Of a stretch of 64,000 nt of DNA, positions 1-44,662 are shown in pieces. The notes under the pieces were generated by a model. It was not told the DNA's origin, searched no databases, and was given only the letters and a program-made list of their open reading frames with translations. Source of the DNA: an uncultured Holophagales bacterium (lineage in GTDB: Bacteria; Acidobacteriota; Thermoanaerobaculia; Multivoradales; UBA5704); NCBI GenBank assembly GCA_963842525.1, contig CAWJGT010000034.1, forward strand, positions 704,001 to 768,000. Direction: 5' to 3'. The position numbers and the translations under genes are program-made. Positions within the stretch are counted from its first letter, which is position 1; each line of letters opens with the position of its first letter.

Positions 1-34915
<34,915 letters not shown>

Positions 34916-34944
<29 letters not shown>

Positions 34945-37048
34945 CAGCGGCGGTGAACGCGTGGATTTCGCCGAAGCAGGGGAAGAGCTCCAGGTGCGCG
35001 ATGTCGCCGGGGTCGTCGCAGACCGACTCGAGCGCACGCTCGCCGGGAAACTCGGGGAGAGGCCAGCGCAGCGAGATCTCGTTCAACCCCTCGTTGACCG
35101 CTTCGCCGGGGACCACCATGTCCCATGTCTCCCATGCGCAGCCGATCTCGATCTTCACTTGGGGACGACCGTTCAAGGCGAGGACGAGGTCCCCCCGGGA
35201 CGGCGCGTCTCCCGGCAGGCGGCAGGTGAGGCAAAGCCGCACCGGGCGCCCCGCTTCGCCGACAAATAGGAACCGCGAGTCGATCCAGTAGGCCTTGTAG
35301 AAATCGTTCCGCTTGCCGTGGACTGCCACTTCGCGCGGCAGCACCCACATTGCCTCCTGCGGCTGCAGAGCGGCCGAGCAGTAATAGAAATCGAGCAGAT
35401 CGGTCGCACCGCGGGTGAGGCTGTGCTCCTCCCGGCGGAGCTGCCCCAGGCGTGCCCGTACATCGACGCCGATCTCATGCAGGGCCTCGGCAATGGCATC
35501 GATCAGCAGCCGATCCAGTTGCTGGTAGTTGTGGCGCAGCAGGTAATACTGGAGCTGCCGCGATGCCAGCCCTGCGATCTCCTCCGCTGCCCGGCACATC
35601 AGCATCGGCGTCCGGCGCGTCTGGATCTCGATGAACCGGGTCATCACCTGGACGATCGCCGGCGAGGCCTGGGCCGCGACCGAGCAGTAGTGGCGGACCA
35701 CATCCTGGGACTGCCACCAGTGTGCATTGTGGACGGCGGCCAGGAAGGCGGCGTGGGCTTCCACCTCGTTGCTCGGCGCGAGGCGCTCGTCGATCAGGTC
35801 ACGCCACGGAACCTCCACTCCCTGGAGCGCCCGCAGCACCGGGGATGCGGCTGCGGCCATGGCCACCCGGATGCCGGCTGCCGTCAGATGACAATAGTCG
35901 AGGAACATCCGGCGGTCCGGGATGGCTTCGCCGAGGTGCTCGCGGAAGATCCGCGGCAGGTCGACCAGAGCGCTGCCCTGCTTGCGCGCCTGGCAGCGCA
36001 GAGCCTCCTGGGCGATCCCGTAGGCCCGGGGCGCGATATTCCGCGACGGATCCCAGATCACGGCGTCACGGGCCAGCTCCAGATGGCGTCGCGCCGCTTC
36101 GGGGTCGGCGGACCGCCGGCTGCACTCGGCCAGCATGTAGAGCCCGGCGACGCAGACTCCCTGATCGATCTCGACCATCCGGCGCGCCCGCTCCGCGGCC
36201 TGCTGCAGGTCTCCATGGTCGCAGGCCTGCCGCGCCGCCTGCCAGTGCTCCAGCCAGTCCCGGTTGGCGGTCCCGGGCAGATGAGGAGCGTTGGTGATCG
36301 GGTCCCGCCAGTCGCCGAGGTTGAACTCCGGGACGAGCCACACCAGAGGGATCTCCCTGGCGCGGTACAGCGAGGAGACCTCGCTCACCATGCTCCGCAC
36401 CTTCGCCGCGAGCTGGTCCTCGGCAAAGCGCTTCAAGCCGGCGATTCCCTCCTCAAGCAGCAGCGAGCTGACCAAGGCCATCTCCGCGATCGACGGCGCG
36501 GAGACGTTCCAGTTGTTGCCGGCGAAGATGACCACGGCATCAGGCTCCAGCAGCAGCGCCGATCTGGCGAGCTCTCCTACCTCGATCCCGAGGTCCGTCC
36601 GGGCGAGATCGATCACTTCGACCCTCTCGCCCATGTGCCGCTTGAGGATCGTCTGCAGCACCATCGCCGGGGTGAACAGCGGATCGTAGAGATATCCTCG
36701 TGCGACCGACTCGCCGACCAGCACGACCCGGCGCCTGACACCCTTCGGCTCGATCCGCCCGAGGTTTGCCCAGAGATTCCACTCGCTGGCTTTGTCCATG
36801 CGACGGACGAAGCCGGTCTCGCCGTTCCTGCTTTCGCGCGCCCAGATGCCTACGCAGTCCGAGCTCGCAGGCGCCGGCTTGCGCCAGACGGGTCCCCCGT
36901 CTTCGACCGGCCCGCCAGCAGGATGGAACGGCTCTCCCAGCATGCCCGTGAGCCGGAGCAGGCGAGCGAGCTGCGCACCTTCGGTGGAGGCGGCGGCCGC
37001 GGCGATCCGGTTGCAGAACACTTTGAGCGATTCTGGCGGGGCTCTCAT
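34916..37048 (-). CDS. SGNH/GDSL-like hydrolase-fold protein with helical insert (NRPS-cluster associated hypothetical)
   Basis: Part of ORF 34916..37264; likely start ATG 37048, just after the carbamoyltransferase stop. Motifs VVLVGESVARG (block I-like), FAGNN (block III-like) and FLDYCH (DxxH). Its stop overlaps the NRPS start region. Confidence 0.6.
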
Positions 37049-37067
37049 TGCAGGGCGTTCTTGCGCT

Positions 37068-38910
37068 CTACAGTAAAGTGTAGACGAGATGATCGACGGT
37101 GCCACCGTCCCCGCGCTGACCGAGCACTTTCTGGGCCTGCAGATTCCACAGCTCCGGCAGGCCCGGGCGTTCCAGGACGAAGTCCTCGAGCACCAGCACG
37201 TCGATCTGGCAGCGGACGAAGCACAGCAGCGCGTCCAGCGCCGTGCACACGATGGGCTCACCACGCATGTTGAACGATGTGTTGAGCAGGATCGGGCAGT
37301 TGGTACGCCGGTAGAACTCCGCGAGGAGCGCGGCGAAGCGCGGGCTGGTTTCGCAGCTCACCGTCTGCACCCGCGCCGAGCCGTCGACGTGCGTGACAGC
37401 CGGCAGTGCGATCGGCGAGGTGACCCTGCAGGTCTCGAGCATGAAAGGAGACGGATGATCGAGGTCGAAATGGTCGCGCGCCGCCGACTCCAACACCGCC
37501 GGGGCGAAAGGGCGGAAGGCCTCACGCATCTTCACCAGGGCGTTGATGCGGTCCCGCATCTGCGGTTGCCGCGGATCTGCCAGGATCGACCGGGACCCCA
37601 GCGAGCGCGGCCCGAACTCCATCCGGCCGTGCGACCAGCCGATCACCTTGCCCTCAAGGAGCCGGTCGACGGTGTAGCGGAGGAGGGCGTCTTCCCGGCC
37701 TCGGAGATCGAGGAACTTGGCCGACGACGACCTCAGGATCCGGTGGATCTCTTCGGGGGAGCTCGCCGGCCCCAGGTAGACGTGCAGCAGCCGCCGCCTC
37801 GGAGGCGCCTCGCCGGTGAGCCGGACGTGAGCCGTCGCAGCAGCCCCTACCGAGCACCCCGCATCGCCCGCCGCGGGCTGCACGAACAGACGCTTGAACG
37901 GCCCCTCGGCCAGGCAACGTCTGTTGGCCACGACATTGAGAGCCACGCCGCCGGCCATGCAGAGGTTCTCGCTCGGGATCCTGGAGTGCAGATAGCGGAC
38001 CTTCTCGAGCAGGATCTCTTCGAGGACGACCTGGACGCTCCTGGCCACGTCCTTGTGGAACTGCAGAAGCTCGGAATCCGGTTTCCGCGGCGGCTGGCCC
38101 AGCAACGAGACCAGCTCCTCACTGTACATGGAGTCTCTCGGTCAGGAAGCCGAAGTACTTCATGTTCAGCCGGTACTGCCCTGCGGACGTCACGGCGATG
38201 AGCTTGCGCATCTGGTCGACGTAGCGCGGAGCCCCATATGGGGCGAGGCCCATGACCTTGTACTCGCCCTCATTGACCTCGAATCCCAGATAGCCCGTGA
38301 TGGCGCTGTAGAAGAAGCCGAGCGAGTCCGGGAAGTCGACCTGCTCGAAGCGGCTGATATGGGAGCCGCTCGCTGAGCCATAGGTCGTGGTGGGCCAGTC
38401 GCCAACTCCGTCGACGGTGAGAATCGCCGCTTCGTCGAAACCGGAGTAGAAGTAGCTGCTGGCCGCATGAGACAGGTGGTGGTCGACGATCTCGATCGGC
38501 CCCGCGTAGCCAAACACCTCGCGGATCACCTCCTGCGGTTGCTTCTGACTCAGGCGCGAAAGGATCGAGGCGCGCTTCTCCGGAGACAACTCCGGCGCCA
38601 GCGCCATCCAGACCTGGCGTCCCAGCTTCAGGACCGGATCCTCGTAATAGGCGACGCAGTCGATCTCGGAGAGCGTCAGCCCGCCCGCTTCGAGGCAGTA
38701 TCTGAAAGCCTGCCGCGGGATCGACTTATCGTTCTTGACGCGGGAAAAGCGCTCCTCCTGGGCTGCGGCGACCAGGGAGCCCTCCTGCAGCAGACAGCAC
38801 GAGGAGTCGTGATAACCCCAAGAGATCCCGATGACGTTGAGATGGGGTCTGGCCGGCCGCTTCCCGAGCTTCACGCCCGCCTGAAGGGGCTCGTTCAGGG
38901 TCTGCGTCAT
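37068..38910 (-). CDS. Carbamoyltransferase, CmcH/NodU/TobZ family (one frameshift at ~38135)
   Basis: N-terminal part has GISWGYHDSSCCL, AAAQEERFSRVK, HHLSHAAS, DGVGD and GEYKVMGLAPYG. C-terminal part has LCMAGGVALN, QPAAGDAG, GRMEFGPRSLGSRSILADP, REAFRPFAP, THVDGSARVQTV and LLNTSFN. Confidence 0.92.
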
Positions 38911-38958
38911 GGCCAACTCCCGGAGGACGCGGGTGCACTCGGCCCCGCCTCTCCAGGG

Positions 38959-38992
38959 GCATTAACAGAGTCGATATGAGTCCCGCATTAAC
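38959..38992. promoter_or_regulatory. GCATTAAC direct repeat in the divergent promoter region
   Basis: GCATTAAC at 38959-38966 and 38985-38992 in an AT-richer patch upstream of the carbamoyltransferase; function is inferred only. Confidence 0.25.
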
Positions 38993-39356
38993 TAAGGTGC
39001 CTAGACCCCCAGAAGCGGGACAGGCAATGCCAACTTGTTGAATCGAGCAGTAACAGGAGGCCCAGAAATCGGCAGTGCCGGCTCCGCAGGTGGCCGGGTA
39101 CAGGCAAGGAACGCCCGCCTCAGTGTAGACTCAGCAGGTTTTTCGCCCCGCGCCGCCGCTCCAGGACGGGCAGCGGCGGCTGTTCCGCTTGGAGGGCGGC
39201 ATGCACTGGAGGAGACTCGGACGCGCAGCGTTGGCGGTGTTCGGAGCGTTCCCCGCTCGGGCCCTGGCGCTGGGCCAGGCCTCGGACCTCGGGGCGCGGA
39301 TCGACCGCGCCGTCGAGCAGACGGCGCCCAGGATCGTGGAGTAGAGAGGGTAGTCG

Positions 39357-41070
39357 ATGAAAGACGAGAAAAACCCCAGGCTGGTTCTGGGCCTACCGAT
39401 GAATGAACCGCCGGTGGCGTACACCCAAAAAACCAACGTCGAGGAAATGATTTATGGCCAATCGGTGGTGACGCATGACATGGCCACCGCACTCCTGCGC
39501 CACGGATCCGCAGAGTCGGTCGTGTTCCTCGTCGGGCCGCAAGACGTGCCCGCCTACGCGGCCCACTTCAAAAGCTATCCTAACGCCAGGGTGAAGATGG
39601 AGATCGGCATTCTTCGGGATGGGGTCGAGCGCTTCGGGCTCACCGCCTGGCACGACATTCGCGGAAACCCTTCCGCGCCGTCGTTCAAGATTCGAACCGG
39701 TCTGGCCTCGCGAAAGCCTTACCCCATCACACTGACGATTCACTGTCTCTCGTCGCAGCCTTTCATCGGCACCTTGGTTATTCCGTTGTTGACCGAGTCG
39801 GTACTGCCCTGCGACTCAGTCATCTGCACCTCGCGGGCATGCCGCGACGCCTTCCAGAATCTCCTCGAGCAGGTGGCGTCCACTTTCAACCGCCGACATG
39901 GCGCGAACCTTTCGTACAAAGGGCGGCTCGACGTCCTGCCCCTGGCGACAGACACCGAATTTTTTCGGCCCATTCCCCAGGCGGAATGCCGCCGGAAGCT
40001 CGGCCTCCCGCAGGACGCATTTGTGCTTCTGTGGTTCGGGCGTCTGTCCGCAGCGGACAAGGCGGATTTGTTCGTCATGCTTCGCGTGGTGGAGAGGCTT
40101 CGGCGCAAGAACCCGCAGCGAAAGATTTTGCTCGTCCTGGCCGGTAGTCAGGAGCCCCAGTTGCCGTTCGCCCCTGGGCTGCATCAGTACGCCAAAGACC
40201 TGGGCATCTCGGAGCACGTCATCATCAAAGAGGCCTTTCCTCCTTCCGAAAGAAACTCTCTCTACTGCGCGGCAGACGTCTTCGTGGCGCCCGCGGACAA
40301 CATCCAAGAGACATTCGGTCTGACGCCTCTAGAGGCCATGGCCTGTGGCTTGCCGCAGGTCGTCGCGGACTGGGACGGCTATCGAGACACCGTGCAGCAT
40401 GACGTGACCGGGTTCTTGGTGCCCACCCACTGGGCTGCCTGCGATGAGGACATCTCGAACGTGTCACTGATGAACCTGGACATCCTGGTGGACCACTTTC
40501 AGTTGGGACAGTCGGTGGTAGTCGACCTTGAGAAGTACGAGCAATACCTGCAGAGGCTCATGGATCAGCCCGCACTGCGAATCAAGATGGCCGAGGCGTC
40601 GCGGCGGCGAGCGGTAGAGGTCTTTGGGTGGAGCCCCGTCATCAAGCAATACGAAGCACTGTGGGCAGAGCTGTCTCAGCTTGCTCGCAACACTGAGCTT
40701 CCCAAGCCTCACGCACAGCCACTCTCGGCCACGGTACTTCGACGTGTTCCGCGGCTACGCCACCAACATCGTCTCGGGATCCGCGCCGATTTACCTCACC
40801 GCCGAAGGGCGCCGACTCTTGTCGCGCGAGCATACGATTCCGTCTCAATATAGTGGGTTCGAGCAGCTTTTGTTCGACGTGTCGCTGTTGCGAAGCATTC
40901 TCGCCGCGCTTGGTGAGCCATCGCGAACAGCTCCCATCACCCTGGACACGCTGGTCGGTTCTCTAAGTCAGGAGGGCGACGGTTCCGTCCCCGGCGCTAG
41001 AGATCGAATTCGCAGGCATGTGCTGTGGGTCTTGAAGCACGGGTTCGCTTCCCTCACCGAACAAAGGTAA
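39357..41070 (+). CDS. Glycosyltransferase family 4 (GT-B) with C-terminal extension (frameshift at ~40699)
   Basis: LLWFGRLSAADKAD and ETFGLTPLEAMACGLPQVVADWDGYRDTV (EX7E). ORF 39357..40853 continues in the 40624..41070 frame after removing one base at GAGCTTCCC. RBS GAGAGGG. Confidence 0.85.
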
Positions 41071-41140
41071 GGTGGGAGGATCTCCTAAATCCGAGTATAG
41101 GATGAAGGAGGAGGTCTTCTCCTCCCGGTCCGCTGCTCTG

Positions 41141-41285
41141 GTCGCGCCCCGCGCGGGGGCGTGGATTGAAACCGAGAATTGAGCCCGACGCGGCCGTCGC
41201 CCTACCGTCGCCCCCCGCACGGGGGCGTGGATTGAAACTGCTTGCCGAGGTTGAAGAGTCGCTCGGCGAGGCATCGCCCCCCTCA
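41141..41285 (+). CRISPR. Orphan CRISPR mini-array, type I-C-like 32-bp repeat: 2 full repeats, 2 spacers, truncated third repeat
   Basis: R1 41141-41172 GTCGCGCCCCGCGCGGGGGCGTGGATTGAAAC; 34-bp spacer; R2 41207-41238 GTCGCCCCCCGCACGGGGGCGTGGATTGAAAC; 34-bp spacer; remnant ATCGCCCCCCTCA at 41273-41285. Repeats are palindromic with an ATTGAAAC 3' end. No cas genes in the window. Confidence 0.85.
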
Positions 41286-41385
41286 ACCCAGCCGGCTTTC
41301 GACAGTCTGGACGCACCGACCTCTTACCGCCGCATGACGGTCCGCGAGCTCCACGGTGATGGTTTGTTTCTCCACGGCCTCGCGT

Positions 41386-41422
41386 GCGCCGTCTCGAATT
41401 CGCGCCCTTGAGACCAAGGCGC
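41386..41422 (+). promoter_or_regulatory. Imperfect hairpin upstream of ssb-like gene (possible ssDNA/Frpo-type promoter element)
   Basis: GCGCC-GTCTCGAA...TTGAGAC-CAA-GGCGC; an alternative stem is CGCGCCCTTG-AGAC-CAAGGCGCG. Function is inference. Confidence 0.3.
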
Positions 41423-41499
41423 GGCCACGGCCGGCCTCCCCTCCCCTCGGGTCCTGGCGGCTCGTCATGAACGGACCCAACCACGAAAGGAGAGCCACC

Positions 41500-42027
41500 A
41501 TGGCCAAGCAAACCAAGAAGACCGTCACCCTCTTCGGCAACCTCGGCGCAGACCCCCGACTCCATCAGATCCCCGCACGGACCGAGACCCGCAACGTCTA
41601 CGACCCCATCATCGACGACGTCGTCGAGAAGAACTTCGACCGGAAGGCCCAGGAGTTCCGCACCTTCTCCCTCGCTGTCTCCGCTGAGTGCCAGGAGGAG
41701 ACCCGCTGGATTCACTGCATCGACTGGGCTGGCAACGCCAATCTCTTCCGCAAGGGCGACCGCGTCCGCCTGACCGGTTACTTCCAGGTCCGGGCCTACA
41801 AGAAGGACGGGGAGGACAAGCGCATCCGCCAGTTCGTCGTCGAGACGGCCAACCTCGAGCGGGCAAAGATCCGCCACGAGAACGCGGCCTCTCTCCTTCT
41901 CCACTGCCGGTCGACAAGCCCAGCGCGGGCCAGACCGGATCGGCCTCCGGCGGCACGCCCCAGACGAAGTCGGCGTAGGAGGCGCGGACCGTGTCCACCG
42001 GATCGCCGTCGTCGTCGCGCACCGTGA
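41500..42027 (+). CDS. ssb: Divergent single-stranded DNA-binding (SSB/OB-fold) protein; real homology ends ~41890, tail is read-through into unrelated DNA
   Basis: Strong RBS AAGGAG before ATG 41500. VTLFGNLGADP, FSLAV, ETRWIHCIDW, FRKGDRVRLTGYFQVRAYKKDGEDK match the SSB pattern (GNLGxDP, TxWxxxxxW, KGxxVxxxG). No acidic DDIPF tail. Confidence 0.75.
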   Translation: MAKQTKKTVTLFGNLGADPRLHQIPARTETRNVYDPIIDDVVEKNFDRKAQEFRTFSLAVSAECQEETRWIHCIDWAGNANLFRKGDRVRLTGYFQVRAYKKDGEDKRIRQFVVETANLERAKIRHENAASLLLHCRSTSPARARPDRPPAARPRRSRRRRRGPCPPDRRRRRAP

Positions 42028-42135
42028 TCGGGATCAGGGTCGCGATCCGCCCGCCGAATTCCTTCTCGAAGCCGGCGGCGACCTGGCGCTGGATGCCCAG
42101 GCCGTAGGCCACGTGGCCGGAGCCGACGAGCACAC
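41890..42135 (-). pseudogene. Internal fragment resembling a ChaN-family (haem/iron-uptake) lipoprotein C-terminal region
   Basis: The minus strand reads VLVGSGHVAYGLGIQRQV...ADFVWGVPPEADPVWPALGL, recalling the ChaN GxGHxxxGxG motif; it lacks its own start and stop. Confidence 0.45.
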
Positions 42136-42259
42136 AGTCTGCGGCTGCTATCCGCACTGAGCGCTCCGCAAGCCATGAGACGCCGGCCACGATCCGCAGG
42201 CCGCTGACCTTGCCTGACGGCGCCTTGACCGCAATCCGATTGGCATGGATCCGGGGGCG

Positions 42260-42805
42260 CCAACCAGCCGCATAGGCCAGCGAGCCATTGACCCCGAAGC
42301 GCGAGCCAGCGACCTGGAGCTGAAAGCCATTGGCCCGGAGGCGCCAGCCCGCGACATAGTCAGTGAGCCCGCGGCATAGGCCAACGAGCCAGCAACCCGG
42401 AGGCGCGGGCCAGCCGCATAGGCCAACGAGCCAGCGACCGCGAGCAACGAGCCGCTGACCCATGTCAAGGAGACGTTGCCCCATGTCGGCGGGCCGTTGG
42501 CCGGGACCGACGAGCCAGCGACCTGGGGCAACGAGCCAGCGACCGCGAGCGACGAGCCGCCGACCCGTGTCAAGGAGACGTTGTTCTATGTCGGCGGGGT
42601 GTTGACCGGAGCCAACGAGCCCGCAGCATAGAGCAGCGAGCCGGTGACCGATGCCGATGAAACGCTGATCTATGTCGGCGAGCTGTTGACAGGAGACGGC
42701 GAGCCCGCAACCGTGAGCAACGAGCCGCCGGACGCTGTCGATGTGACGCCACTCCCTGTCAATGGGCCAAGGACAGGGAACAACGGGCCGGGGGCAACGA
42801 GCCGT
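42260..42805. repeat. Degenerate 21-bp tandem repeat (about 25 units) with higher-order 84/105-bp blocks
   Basis: A GAGCC-like core recurs at 42282, 42303, 42324, 42345, 42365, 42386, 42407, 42428, 42449, 42470, 42491, 42512, 42533, 42554, 42575, 42596, 42617, 42638, 42659, 42680, 42701, 42722, 42764 and 42785. Confidence 0.85.
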
Positions 42806-42954
42806 CCGCCGCTGTCGCTGAGACGCGATTCCCTCTCGGAGGAGGTCATTGGTCCGGACCTCCAGGAGATGCGGAGCATCGAGTTCGCCGGCGCCGAGCT
42901 GTCGGGCGTCTACGAGCTCTTCCACGACGAGCCCTATCATGTGGACCTGCCGGG

Positions 42955-43033
42955 CAACCACGCTTCCTTCCTCAAGGACCTGGTCCCTTTGCCAGGGCGC
43001 GACCTCAGCCTGGCGCTGCGGATGACCTTCTAG
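42955..43033 (+). pseudogene. Extreme C-terminal remnant of a TonB-dependent receptor
   Basis: NHASFLKDLVPLPGRDLSLALRMTF* resembles TBDR C-termini (HxSFLKDxxPLPGR, then an amphipathic last strand ending in F). Confidence 0.5.
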
Positions 43034-43073
43034 CAGTAAAAGGCCTAAACAACTTGTTCTGAGTGAGTTACGA

Positions 43074-43148
43074 TGGAGCCGACGGCCGGGATTGAACCGG
43101 CGACCTGCTGATTACGAATCAGCTGCTCTACCGCTGAGCTACGTCGGC
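43074..43148 (-). tRNA. tRNA-Thr(CGT)
   Basis: Reverse complement GCCGACGTAGCTCAGCGGTAGAGCAGCTGATTCGTAATCAGCAGGTCGCCGGTTCAATCCCGGCCGTCGGCTCCA; anticodon arm GCTGA-TTCGTAA-TCAGC; GGTTCAA T-loop; encoded CCA. Confidence 0.97.
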
Positions 43149-43291
43149 CCGGGGAGGAAAATCGGCAGGGGATCTCCCGGAAGCGGGCGGTATTGTACGG
43201 GCATCCGTACCCGCCGCGCAACCGGGAGCTGGGCCGGCGAGACGCCGGCGCTCCCAGGGGGCGATGCTCGGCCTCCGCGCCGACTGCATCT

Positions 43292-43885
43292 CTACGACGG
43301 ACCCTTGGCGACCTGGAAGTTGACCGTCAGGGTGTAGTAGACGGGAACGGGGTGGCCCTTGAGCATCGCGGGGCGAAAGACCCATCGCTCGATCGTCCAC
43401 TTGGCGCTCGCGTCCAACTCGGGGTGGCGGCCCTGCACCAGGCGTGTGTCGCGGACGCAACCTTCATGGTCGATCGTCGCTTCGTAGATCACAACGCCGC
43501 TGACCCCCTCCTCGCGTGCCTTGGTGGTGTAGCGCGGGGGCTCTCCATAGATCTTTTCGGGCCGGCGGACATCTCCTTCCACTTTCATGGGCTCGTTTTC
43601 CAAGCCTGGTGGCGGAAGGTTTCCGGCCAGGCGCGCGGTACACAGGATTGTCCGTGCCGTCACGGCATCCTTTCCTTCGGGGTTGTCGACAAGATAGCCC
43701 CGGGCCCCCTCGGCGGCCTGCTCGAAACGCTTCTCTGCCAGTAGAGTCCGGAGCTCGTTCATGAGATTCGGATCGCTCGACGGCGGCGCCGCTCCAAGGA
43801 GAAAAAGAAGCGATAGAACCACAAGGACAGGCCGCATGTTCAGAGTGAGATCGCGTCGCATGGCGGAATCCTCGCGCCTTTTCAT
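43292..43885 (-). CDS. Energy transducer TonB C-terminal domain protein with signal/TM segment
   Basis: C-terminal part of ORF 43292..44446: PPRYTTKAREEGVSGVVIYEATIDHEGCVRD...WVFRPAMLKGHPVPVYYTLTVNF; hydrophobic N-terminus; ATGA overlap with the upstream gene. Confidence 0.8.
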   Translation of the reverse strand: MKRREDSAMRRDLTLNMRPVLVVLSLLFLLGAAPPSSDPNLMNELRTLLAEKRFEQAAEGARGYLVDNPEGKDAVTARTILCTARLAGNLPPPGLENEPMKVEGDVRRPEKIYGEPPRYTTKAREEGVSGVVIYEATIDHEGCVRDTRLVQGRHPELDASAKWTIERWVFRPAMLKGHPVPVYYTLTVNFQVAKGPS

Positions 43886-44547
43886 TCTGCCGCTACATGG
43901 GTCCGGTGGCCGTCGACCCACCAGGCCCAGGGGACAAAGAGCCAACTCAGGAGCGCGATCCAGGCGAGCGTCCGCTCGTCGGGCGGAGGAGGTCCGAAGC
44001 TGGCCGAGAGCCACAGGACGTACAAGAGCACGAGCAGCGACCACAGCCCCCAGCGGCCGATCGCGTCGCGGGCCCGGGTGGCGCGCAGATAGAGGAAGAT
44101 CCCGAGCGCGTACAGCACGGTTTCGAGCGTCAGGGCGATCGCGGGATGATTCCACAGGCCGAGGCCGACGTAGGGACCCCGGACCAGGATCGGCAGGTCG
44201 TCGGCGTGGACCAGCAGGTCGAGGAGCCAGTGACTGAAGACCCCGGCACCGAGGAGGAGCCCTCCCCAGCGCTGGCCCTTGCCGCGCGTCAGAAGCCGGT
44301 AGCCGATTGCGAAAGCGACCGACCAGCCGAGCGCGCCCACCAGGCTGTGGGTGATCGGATAGTCGTAGAAGTAGAGGGGGTTGAGCTTCGTGATGCCGGG
44401 CGCGATCCGCACGTGCTCCAAGCCGAGGAGCAGGAAGATCGGCCACAGCAGGTCCAGGAATTGGACCGCGAGGAACCAGGTACCCAGGGAGATCCGCGGC
44501 GTCTTCGCCCGGCCGGCCAGCGCAATCGCCTCATATCCGACGAACAT
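43882..44547 (-). CDS. Membrane-bound metal-dependent hydrolase-like protein
   Basis: MFVGYEAIALA...LDLLWP, YPITHSL and SHWLLDLLVH motifs with several TM segments. Confidence 0.75.
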   Translation of the reverse strand: MFVGYEAIALAGRAKTPRISLGTWFLAVQFLDLLWPIFLLLGLEHVRIAPGITKLNPLYFYDYPITHSLVGALGWSVAFAIGYRLLTRGKGQRWGGLLLGAGVFSHWLLDLLVHADDLPILVRGPYVGLGLWNHPAIALTLETVLYALGIFLYLRATRARDAIGRWGLWSLLVLLYVLWLSASFGPPPPDERTLAWIALLSWLFVPWAWWVDGHRTHVAAE

Positions 44548-44662
44548 CGGAGCCTCCTCTCCTCTCGAAGCGCTGCTTGCGAGTCCCGGGCAGTATAGCC
44601 GGCGGGCAGGACGAGTGTAACGCGCCGCCGCCCTCGAACGCCTACCTTGCAGATGAGCTAAA

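Noticed and set aside
41530-41547. Partial complementarity of spacer 2 to the ssb 5' coding region (CTCTTC...AACCTCGGC)
   Set aside because: Needs a 3-nt gap and gives only 6+9 matched bases; too weak to support a regulatory crRNA.
41609-42961. 450-aa minus-strand ORF
   Set aside because: A composite of antisense DNA, the 21-bp repeat, a ChaN-like fragment and antisense ssb; not credible as a single gene.
43886-44446. N-terminal extension of the TonB ORF 43292..44446
   Set aside because: Out-of-frame overlap with the hydrolase gene; Arg/Pro-rich non-coding character.
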